32,000 nt of DNA from Erysipelotrichaceae bacterium (lineage in GTDB: Bacteria > Bacillota_I > Bacilli_A > Erysipelotrichales > Erysipelotrichaceae). Position 1 is the stretch's first letter, and every line of letters begins with the position of its first letter. The position numbers and the translations under genes were made by a program. The stretch spans positions 870,001 through 902,000 of the forward strand of contig OY760660.1 of the NCBI GenBank assembly GCA_963663995.1. The letters are read 5' to 3'. The notes beneath the pieces were generated by a model, which saw only the letters and a list, made by a program, of their open reading frames with translations, was not told the origin of the DNA and did no database searches. Shown one piece after another: positions 17,405-25,075 of the stretch.

Positions 17405-18871
17405 GGTAGGGGCGTGCGGACATAAAGTTGGACTTTAATAACCGTATTTTTGTCGATTTTCATTAATACTACATGCAAATTTTATTTTAATTCTAGTTTC
17501 ATTAAACCACACTAGATAATTATTTAAATATTCAATAAATTCTTCGGCGTTAAAATCTCTAAAATCTAATCCATAAAAACATTCATTTTTTATATGACCA
17601 AATACACCTTCGCAAGCAGCGTTATCACCCGTACAACCTTTCTTAGACATAGATCGAATAATATTGTGTTCTTTGGTGATATTTATCCAGTTACTCCATC
17701 GATAGTGTCCACCACGATCAGAATGAAGTATCACATTATCAGACTTCTTTAATGTCTTACATGCATCTATTAGTGATTCATTAGCTAGTTGTGCGTCAGG
17801 ACGAGTGCTCGTATTCCAAGAAATAATCTTCCCATCAAAACAGTCAACGATTGAAGAGAGGTATACTTTTTCATTTGATAACGCGAATTCAGTTATATCT
17901 GTGAGCCATTTTTGATTTGGATAATCAGATTTGAAATCTCGATTAATAATGTTGTCTGGAGCTTCTGATATTTCACCCTGATATGAGCTATACTTTCTTG
18001 TTTTCTTTTTGTACTTTGGGTTTAGTTCCATCTGTTTCATAAGACGACGTATAACCTTCTCAGAAACAATGACTCCTTGATTGTTTAGACTAATCTTTAT
18101 TCTTCGATAACCATATACACAACGGTTTAATTCATAAATTTCTTTTATTTTTAAACACAAATTTTCATACTTATCACGACTTTTTAATTTCTTTAGATGA
18201 TAATGATATGAACTTTTTGGAATGTTCAATCGTTCTAGTAAATCTTTCAATGGATATTCTTTTTTTAAGGCATTGATTAACTGGATTTTTTCACTATTTT
18301 TTAGTTTTAGATAACCAATGCCTTTATCTTTTTTTATTAAATCTAATGCCTCTTTAAGAAGATCTACTTCCATTTTTAATGATTTGATTTCATTTAAAAG
18401 TGAATTGATTTCTTCTGTATTCGCTTGTTTTATTTCTTTGTTTTCTGTGAGATTTGGTTTGATAATCTTCTGCTTATCTTTATTCATTAGTCCAATTAAT
18501 CCTTTGGTTTCAATTATTCTACGCCAATTATGAATGCTTTGTCGACTAACTCCCATCTCCTCTGCCACATATCTAACATCTTCCCCATCCTCAAAACATC
18601 GTTTAATGATTTTTATTTTAAGTTCTGGTGAAATCGTTTTCCGTTTTAGATATGAATAAGAGTCTGTATTTTTAATCTGATTATTAGAGTTTGTTTTTTC
18701 ACGACTTAACCAAAGGTAAATAGTAGCTTTTGTGGGATAACCTAATTTCCTCACGACTTGTGTTGCGCTTCTTTCTTCTCTATAAAGTTCTAAAGCTATT
18801 TTAACTTGTTGTTTTGAATAAGTTGGCATATTTCTCCTCTTTGTCCAACTTTATGTCCGCACGCCCCTCTC
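17405..18871 (-). mobile_element. IS3-family insertion sequence (about 1.47 kb), apparently intact, with a single fused transposase ORF
   Basis: Perfect 26-bp inverted repeats: AGGGGCGTGCGGACATAAAGTTGGAC at 17408-17433 and GTCCAACTTTATGTCCGCACGCCCCT at 18843-18868. They extend to 29 bp with 2 mismatches. The flanking direct repeat is CAAAACAT. If the ends are instead drawn as TG...CA (17404/18873), the duplication is AAACA. Confidence 0.88.
17435..18829 (-). CDS. IS3-family transposase, OrfA-OrfB fused in one frame (464 aa)
   Basis: N-terminal HTH regions, a coiled-coil/leucine-zipper stretch (EINSLLNEIKSLKMEVDLLKEALDLI) and an rve DDE domain ('WLTDITEF', 'HSDRGGHY', 'DNAACEGVFGHIKNE'). An AGGAGA Shine-Dalgarno precedes the start. 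Confidence 0.9.
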   Translation of the reverse strand: MPTYSKQQVKIALELYREERSATQVVRKLGYPTKATIYLWLSREKTNSNNQIKNTDSYSYLKRKTISPELKIKIIKRCFEDGEDVRYVAEEMGVSRQSIHNWRRIIETKGLIGLMNKDKQKIIKPNLTENKEIKQANTEEINSLLNEIKSLKMEVDLLKEALDLIKKDKGIGYLKLKNSEKIQLINALKKEYPLKDLLERLNIPKSSYHYHLKKLKSRDKYENLCLKIKEIYELNRCVYGYRRIKISLNNQGVIVSEKVIRRLMKQMELNPKYKKKTRKYSSYQGEISEAPDNIINRDFKSDYPNQKWLTDITEFALSNEKVYLSSIVDCFDGKIISWNTSTRPDAQLANESLIDACKTLKKSDNVILHSDRGGHYRWSNWINITKEHNIIRSMSKKGCTGDNAACEGVFGHIKNECFYGLDFRDFNAEEFIEYLNNYLVWFNETRIKIKFACSINENRQKYGY

Positions 18872-18879
18872 CAAAACAT
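18872..18879. repeat. Right copy of the direct repeat flanking the IS3 element (CAAAACAT)
   Basis: Identical to 17397-17404. Confidence 0.7.
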
Positions 18880-18919
18880 CTTTAAATTTTTTTTATTAGA
18901 AATTATAAATATTGATAAA

Positions 18920-19993
18920 GTGTATAATATTAATGTGTTAAATAAAAATCTATTTGTTAAGGACTTAATACCTTTAAAAATAAATGATGAATTAATAAGA
19001 AATAATGATGAAAATTTAGAACTTTTTTTGTCTTTAATAATCCCTACCTATAATCGATTAGATTTATTAAAGGAATCTTTAGAAAGTGTTATAAATCAAA
19101 GACCAATAAACTTTAAATATGAAATCATTATAATATGTGATAATCCAAATGACACGGAAATTACAAATTACATTGAACAAATCGATATTCCAAATTTGTA
19201 TTTCTACTTGAACAAAAATAATGTTGGCTTATTTAATACTTTAAATTTAGGTGTCCAATTAGCACGTGGACAATGGGTATCTTTTTTACATGATGATGAT
19301 CTACTCAAAGAAAACTATCTTCAAGAGATTTATAAACTTATTCATAAACATAAAGATATAGGTGCCATCATGGTGAGTACCAAACAGATTGGTAATGTTG
19401 CTTATCGTTCAAGACTAAGAGAAACATCACTTTATAAATTTCTTAAACCTATTAAAGATAAATTGAGTTCAGGTAAAATGTATAAACTCAGAATCTTTGA
19501 TAATATCCTTTGGTGTGCTGATCAATATGGAGCACCAAGTTGTGGTAGTGTTTGGAATAGAAAGAAGTTTCTTAAGTTGGGTGGATATAATGATGAATGG
19601 TACCCATCAGGTGATTGGTTGTATATGGTTGAGTTTAATAAACACTATAAAGTCTATAAAACAACTGAACAATTAGGTTATTACAGATGGAGCGAGAATG
19701 CTTCTACTAAACCTGAAGTTATTAAAAAGTTTATTACTGATAATCTTTATCTAAGAGAATATTTTAGAGAATATTATTTTCTAGGAAAGATTATTTATCA
19801 TTTAACTAAAAAAGAACATTATAAACATATTATTGATGTCTTCTTAACTTTTGATAAGACAAACACTTTAAAACCAGAAGACTTCAATGATATACAAAAA
19901 TATTCACATAATAGTATTCGTTATCAAGTCTATTTAAATGGGCAAAGACTGTATTGGATAGTTCGTGTTATGATTAGTTTGGTTTTTGGATAA
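18920..19993 (+). CDS. GT2-family (GT-A fold) glycosyltransferase
   Basis: Carries 'LSLIIPTYNRLDLLKESLESVINQ' and the DxD motif 'FLHDDDLL'. The start is uncertain: GTG 18920 or in-frame GTG 18935, neither with a convincing Shine-Dalgarno. No ATG occurs before the catalytic domain. Confidence 0.75.
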   Translation: MYNINVLNKNLFVKDLIPLKINDELIRNNDENLELFLSLIIPTYNRLDLLKESLESVINQRPINFKYEIIIICDNPNDTEITNYIEQIDIPNLYFYLNKNNVGLFNTLNLGVQLARGQWVSFLHDDDLLKENYLQEIYKLIHKHKDIGAIMVSTKQIGNVAYRSRLRETSLYKFLKPIKDKLSSGKMYKLRIFDNILWCADQYGAPSCGSVWNRKKFLKLGGYNDEWYPSGDWLYMVEFNKHYKVYKTTEQLGYYRWSENASTKPEVIKKFITDNLYLREYFREYYFLGKIIYHLTKKEHYKHIIDVFLTFDKTNTLKPEDFNDIQKYSHNSIRYQVYLNGQRLYWIVRVMISLVFG

Positions 19994-19995
19994 CT

Positions 19996-21354
19996 ATGAT
20001 TAAAACAAGTCGAAATGATATTATATGGAACTATGGTGCTAATCTTTTAAATATATTTGTTAGTATCCTAGTCTTACCTTTAATCCTTAAAATGTTAAGC
20101 CCAGATGAACTGGGTCTTTGGTATGTTTTTATATCAATTAGTAGTTTAGTTCTACTAATTGATTTTGGTTTTTCTACAACTCTACAAAGACATATTACCT
20201 ATGCGGTTTCTGGTGTATCAGAAATTTTAGAAATAGGTGTACCTACTCAAACTTCTGATAAACCAAATTACCCTTTAGTCAAAGCTATTGTTATAGCAGC
20301 AAAAAGAATCTATAGATCTTTATCTTATATTGCAGGACTATTTTTAGTCATAGCAGGATTCATCTATGTTGTTGGCATCTTACAAATTAGAGATACAGAA
20401 TTAGTCATAGCATGGGCAATTTATGCCTTAGGTTCCTATTTACAACTCATGACAAATTTTTGGATCCCAATTCTAAAAGGAAGTGGAGCCATAAAAGCTG
20501 CTAATAAAGTCTTTATCTTTTCTAAATCATCCTACTTGGTCTTTGCAGCCATTGGTTTAGCACTACATGGTGGTTTAATCCTACTTACTACAGCTTATTT
20601 GTTGTCGGTTGTTTTAAACTGGATATGGGCACGTTATGAGTTAAACAAACATTTAGGCGAGGACTATCTTAAATCACAACCACAAGACTCCTATGACGCG
20701 AAAAAAGTATTTAGAATTGTATGGCCAAATGCTAAACGCATGGGACTCGTTAATTTAGGATCATGGGCTACTAATAAAAGTTCTACCCTTATTAGCTCAT
20801 ACTTTTTAGGCTTAGACGTTACAGGACAACTCGGAGTAAGTATCCAACTCTTTACGGTGGTAGGTAATGTTGCAAACTTACTTCTTAACAGTTATCTACC
20901 AGAACTTGCTTCAACAAGAACTAACAATAGCAACATAAGATTCAAATTACTCTTTGCTAGATCAATGCTTGTGCAATGGATATTGACCATCCTAGGTAAT
21001 TTAAGTATTATCTTTATTCTCCCACTATTATTAACTCTTGTTGGTGTAAGTACGACTTTACTACCAGCAAAATGGTTAGCCTTATTAGGTTTCATACTCT
21101 TCTTAGAACAGAACCATTCTAGCTTTGCGACACTTATTACTCTTTCAAATAAAATACCTTTTGTAACATCCTCATTAATTTCAGGAATTGCTATCTTTAT
21201 AATATCTACTATATTTATGTATTTTGATTTTGGCATTGGTGCATTAATTCTTACTCAAGGTATAGTTCAGTTAACATATAACAATTGGAAATGGCCTTAT
21301 GTTGTTATAAAAGAAAATAATTTAAACCTTAAAACATTTATTGAAATATTTTAA
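19996..21354 (+). CDS. Wzx-like (MOP superfamily) oligosaccharide/polysaccharide flippase
   Basis: 452 aa with about 12 TM helices. The N-terminus 'NYGANLLNIFVSILVLPLILKMLSPDELGLWYVF' is typical of polysaccharide-biosynthesis (Wzx) proteins. The gene starts 2 nt after the GT2 stop. Confidence 0.6.
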   Translation: MIKTSRNDIIWNYGANLLNIFVSILVLPLILKMLSPDELGLWYVFISISSLVLLIDFGFSTTLQRHITYAVSGVSEILEIGVPTQTSDKPNYPLVKAIVIAAKRIYRSLSYIAGLFLVIAGFIYVVGILQIRDTELVIAWAIYALGSYLQLMTNFWIPILKGSGAIKAANKVFIFSKSSYLVFAAIGLALHGGLILLTTAYLLSVVLNWIWARYELNKHLGEDYLKSQPQDSYDAKKVFRIVWPNAKRMGLVNLGSWATNKSSTLISSYFLGLDVTGQLGVSIQLFTVVGNVANLLLNSYLPELASTRTNNSNIRFKLLFARSMLVQWILTILGNLSIIFILPLLLTLVGVSTTLLPAKWLALLGFILFLEQNHSSFATLITLSNKIPFVTSSLISGIAIFIISTIFMYFDFGIGALILTQGIVQLTYNNWKWPYVVIKENNLNLKTFIEIF

Positions 21355-21394
21355 ATATGTAATAATAAAGTCTTTTTTAGAACGAATTTTTTGC

Positions 21395-21423
21395 TTGTTT
21401 CATTACTTAATTACCCCTATAAT
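21395..21423 (+). promoter_or_regulatory. Candidate sigma-A promoter (TTGTTT, 17-nt spacer, TATAAT) for the regulator/aminotransferase pair
   Basis: -35 TTGTTT at 21395-21400, a 17-nt spacer, and a perfect TATAAT at 21418-21423. It lies 22 nt upstream of the ATG at 21446, which has a GAGGT Shine-Dalgarno. Confidence 0.45.
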
Positions 21424-21445
21424 CTAATAAACGAGGTAAAAACAA

Positions 21446-21931
21446 ATGGAAAAACTCTTATCATTACTCAAAGAAAATGCACGTTACAGTGTTAAAGAAT
21501 TAAGTGTTCTACTTAATCAAAGTGAAGATGTGGTAGAGGCGGCCATTAAAGCCTATGAAACACAAGGTGTTTTAAAAGGCTATACCACAATTATTGATGA
21601 ATCTAAAATTGATGAAGCACCAGTTTATGCTTTAATTGAACTCAAAGTTGCTCCTAAAAAAGAAGCTGGCTTTCAAGACATTGCCGATCGCGTTATGTCA
21701 ATGGAAGAGGTTGAGTCAGTTTATTTAATGGCGGGTGTGTATGACCTAGCTGTTTTTGTTAAAGGGAAAACGATGCATGATGTAGCGATGTTTGTCGCCA
21801 AACGTCTAAGCACACTTGACGATGTTCTTTCTACCGCGACACATTTTGTATTATCAAAATATAAAGAAAGTGGTTTCATTCTAGATGATAAAAAAGATAT
21901 TGATCCTAGAGTAGAGTTATCTAAAGAATGA
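21446..21931 (+). CDS. Lrp/AsnC-family transcriptional regulator
   Basis: 161 aa. N-terminal wHTH ('LLKENARYSVKELSVLLNQSEDVVEAAIKAYETQGVLKGY') plus a C-terminal RAM/ligand domain. It overlaps the aminotransferase gene as ATGA, the same arrangement as Bacillus alaR-alaT. Confidence 0.85.
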   Translation: MEKLLSLLKENARYSVKELSVLLNQSEDVVEAAIKAYETQGVLKGYTTIIDESKIDEAPVYALIELKVAPKKEAGFQDIADRVMSMEEVESVYLMAGVYDLAVFVKGKTMHDVAMFVAKRLSTLDDVLSTATHFVLSKYKESGFILDDKKDIDPRVELSKE

Positions 21932-23094
21932 AGCATATAAACAACAAAATGCATCTCTTAAAACCAGGGATGCTTCATAAATATCTTGAGATATCATCAA
22001 ATCCTGATATCTTATCTTTAACTATTGGTGAACCTGACTTCCCTACCCCTTACCATATTCGTGAAGCTGGTATTAAAGCGATTGAAGATGGTAAAACTTT
22101 TTATACTCCATCAAAAGGATTATTATCTTTACGTAAAGAAATAGCTAACTTCTACGAAAGAAGTTATCACTTAACTTATGACCCGACTTCTGAAATACTT
22201 ACAACCATTGGTGCATCTGAAGGAATTGAATTAGCTTTACGAACACTCCTAAATGAAGACGATGAAGTTATTGTTGTTGGACCTGCTTACTTAAGTTATG
22301 AACCACTAATATTAATGGCTGGTGCTAAAGTTATTGAAGTTCAAACTAGCAGTCAAGATGGATTCAAACTAAAAGCAGACATACTAAAGGATAATATTAC
22401 AGATAAAACACGCATTATTGTCTTAAACTATCCTAATAATCCTACAGGTGCGATTATGACACTTGATGATTATATAGAATTAGAAAAAGTCTTAGTTGAT
22501 AAAGAAATTTATGTAATTTCAGATGAGATCTATAGTGAGTTAAATTATACAGGTTTACCTCATGCATCGATGGCTCAAATTCCGTCAATGAAAGAGAAGA
22601 CAATTGTATTAAATGGTTTTTCAAAAGCTTATTCAATGACTGGATGGAGACTAGGTTATATCTTAGCACACAAAGATTTAATAGATCTATTCGTTAAGTA
22701 TCATCAAAATGCGATTCTATGTCCACCTACGATTTCACAATTTGCAGGTATTGAAGCTTTAAAAAACGGTGATAGCGACATTGAACATATGCGTAGCCAA
22801 TATGATATGAGACGAAGATATGCAGTAGATAAACTTAACTCTATGGGTTTAACTGTTTCGAATCCTGATGGCGCATTCTACTTATTTACCAATGTCAAAG
22901 AAAAGACAGGTTTAGATTCTGAAACATTCTGTGAACAATTATTGGAATCGCAAAAAGTAGCTGTTATTCCTGGCATTGGATTCGGTGAAACAGGACGAGA
23001 CTTTATTCGTTTCTCATACTGTTATTCACTTGAACATATTAAAGAAGCCTTAGAAAAAATTGAAGTTTTCCTAAAACAACTAGCCAATGACTAG
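21928..23094 (+). CDS. Class I/II pyridoxal-phosphate aminotransferase (AlaT/AspC-like)
   Basis: 'NGFSKAYSMTGWRLGY' (PLP-lysine motif), 'NYPNNPTG', 388 aa. Confidence 0.85.
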   Translation: MKHINNKMHLLKPGMLHKYLEISSNPDILSLTIGEPDFPTPYHIREAGIKAIEDGKTFYTPSKGLLSLRKEIANFYERSYHLTYDPTSEILTTIGASEGIELALRTLLNEDDEVIVVGPAYLSYEPLILMAGAKVIEVQTSSQDGFKLKADILKDNITDKTRIIVLNYPNNPTGAIMTLDDYIELEKVLVDKEIYVISDEIYSELNYTGLPHASMAQIPSMKEKTIVLNGFSKAYSMTGWRLGYILAHKDLIDLFVKYHQNAILCPPTISQFAGIEALKNGDSDIEHMRSQYDMRRRYAVDKLNSMGLTVSNPDGAFYLFTNVKEKTGLDSETFCEQLLESQKVAVIPGIGFGETGRDFIRFSYCYSLEHIKEALEKIEVFLKQLAND

Positions 23095-23103
23095 TTGTTT
23101 TTT
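23073..23103. terminator. Candidate bidirectional hairpin terminator spanning the overlapping stops of two convergent genes
   Basis: AAAACAACTAG (23073-23083), loop CCAATGA, CTAGTTGTTTT (23091-23101), followed by further T residues on the plus strand. The 11-bp perfect stem has only 3 G:C pairs, so it is weak. Confidence 0.35.
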
Positions 23104-24983
23104 GTTATGCTGCATTCTATAAAATGTTCACTACATTCACTACTATTAAAATAATCATTCTCTATGATTTTTGGCCCAATAGTCAGTAATGTTTGAGCAT
23201 TTCCCAATCGATTAATCATTTCCTCATCACTCAAATCGTTAGGATTAGTAAACTCATCGTTAATTGAATTATAACTAAAATCACTAAACACAATATCCCC
23301 ATAATCATTAAAGTAAAAACCTTTGTAGGTTTCATCAAATAAATTATTTCCTAATACAAAATTCTTATTATATTGGAAACCCATTAAATCAAAAGTTGTT
23401 GGCAAAATATCTAGACTATTACTTTTTTTATCAATCGAACCAATAAATGAATCATTATTCCAAATGATAAGTGGTGTCTTCTTGCAGTTGTTATCCCCTA
23501 AATTACATAACTGTGATATGGTATCGGAACTTGAGAATGCCCCTTTTGCGTAATGATCACCAAAGATGATGATAACCAAGTCATCTATTCGACCACTATT
23601 CGTGAAATCAATAATCAAAGATCCTAAAGATCGATCAAAATCCATAATTTTTGCTAAATATACTTTTTCAGACTCTGGTAAATCTGGATATAATTCACTT
23701 AACCAATTATAATCATTCATAAATAATTCACTCATATATTCTAATGAATATGGTTGATGACCATTAAATGTGATCCAATAGCTAAAGAATTTTTCTCTCT
23801 CATATGATATCCATTTTATTGGGACTAAAAATCTTGAGTCTTCAATCTCTTGACCTTCAAAACCCATACGATATGAATCAAGGAAATCAAAACCAAGATG
23901 TGGTAACATATCATCTCTATTGTAGAACTCTGCATAATTATTATGAGCAGCCATAGACATATATCCATTTTCAGTAAACACGTTCGCTAATGTTACAGGA
24001 TACTCGACATCTGCATAGTTCATAAAAGTATTTTCACCTGTACTAACAGGTAATAGACTTGTATTTGCCATAAGTTCTGTATCACTAGTTGAACCAGCTA
24101 ACAATTGAGCATTAAACTCAGGGAATGTAAAGCCTTTTGTTTGCAATCGATAAAGATTAGGCGTGATTATTGGGTTAATAGCTAATTGCATCAATGATTC
24201 AGACTCAATCATTAACAAACTTTTACCTTCAAAAATACCAAAATATTGACTATCACTAATTTCGACTTTAGTACTTAACAAATTCGTTATTTCTTGATTA
24301 ATCTCTTCAGTATGTTCGGTATAAGGTTTAATCCATATTTCATATATGTCTTTCTGTAACAAACCTATAACGCCAAAATTTTCAACAAATTGTAGTGTGT
24401 TCGGGACTGTATTGTAAATATAATGTGTTGTTTTGTAGTATTGAAAAGGGTCAATACTATTTTTGTCTTCCAATATTGCTTGATTAAATTGGTAATATTG
24501 GTAATATAAAATACTTAAACTTAATAGAAATCCAACAGCGAAATAAACTAAATCACTCTTTCTTGATTTGCTCGTATAAAGATTTAAAATAATTGAGATA
24601 CTAATAAATAAGAGGAGTATCCATAAATATCGAAGATCATCTTTGATAAAAAACTCTTGCACACTTTCCCATGAGTTACGTATTTCTGATTGAGAACTTA
24701 ATAATGTTGTTAATCTACCATATTGACCAAAAGCTCTAAAATAAACAGATTGAGCCCACACATCTAATCCAATAATAATGAGAGTACTTGTAGACCAAAT
24801 TGTGTTAAACCATTTTGGAAACAACCAAATAACACTGCTAAAAAGTAATATCCACATAATAAATAACCAATTTGCATAATTAACATCTACACTTACAGGA
24901 GAATATAACCAGAAAGCAAACATTATAATCAAAATAATATGTATGATTCGATTAAATACTGGCTTTAATTTAAATTTCGACAT
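23091..24983 (-). CDS. LtaS-family protein (lipoteichoic-acid-synthase / phosphoglycerol-transferase-like; N-terminal TM domain plus extracellular sulfatase-fold domain)
   Basis: Five N-terminal TM helices are followed by a soluble domain with 'LLAGSTSDTELMANTSLLP', which matches the catalytic-Thr GxTSDxE motif of LtaS. 'IIFGDHY' is also present. I place the start at ATG 24983, preceded by GGGGAGAG. The ORF-track start (TTG 25004) adds 7 codons. Confidence 0.8.
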   Translation of the reverse strand: MSKFKLKPVFNRIIHIILIIMFAFWLYSPVSVDVNYANWLFIMWILLFSSVIWLFPKWFNTIWSTSTLIIIGLDVWAQSVYFRAFGQYGRLTTLLSSQSEIRNSWESVQEFFIKDDLRYLWILLLFISISIILNLYTSKSRKSDLVYFAVGFLLSLSILYYQYYQFNQAILEDKNSIDPFQYYKTTHYIYNTVPNTLQFVENFGVIGLLQKDIYEIWIKPYTEHTEEINQEITNLLSTKVEISDSQYFGIFEGKSLLMIESESLMQLAINPIITPNLYRLQTKGFTFPEFNAQLLAGSTSDTELMANTSLLPVSTGENTFMNYADVEYPVTLANVFTENGYMSMAAHNNYAEFYNRDDMLPHLGFDFLDSYRMGFEGQEIEDSRFLVPIKWISYEREKFFSYWITFNGHQPYSLEYMSELFMNDYNWLSELYPDLPESEKVYLAKIMDFDRSLGSLIIDFTNSGRIDDLVIIIFGDHYAKGAFSSSDTISQLCNLGDNNCKKTPLIIWNNDSFIGSIDKKSNSLDILPTTFDLMGFQYNKNFVLGNNLFDETYKGFYFNDYGDIVFSDFSYNSINDEFTNPNDLSDEEMINRLGNAQTLLTIGPKIIENDYFNSSECSEHFIECSITKNN

Positions 24984-25075
24984 CCATCTCTCCCCAAACA
25001 TCAATGTGATTCTAAACTATTATGAATTTAAAATGTTACAAAATTATTACTATTTTTTAATTTAATAACTTTAAG

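Noticed and set aside
18318-18533. Plus-strand ORF of 71 aa inside the IS3 transposase gene
   Set aside because: It is antisense to the transposase with a hydrophobic, low-complexity translation. There is no evidence for a separate gene.
20892-21236. Minus-strand ORF of 114 aa inside the Wzx-like flippase gene
   Set aside because: It is antisense to a coherent 12-TM protein and has no motif or ribosome-binding site.
21721-22669. Minus-strand ORFs 21721..21954 (77 aa) and 22454..22669 (71 aa)
   Set aside because: They are antisense to the AsnC regulator and aminotransferase genes, both of which are supported by clear family motifs.
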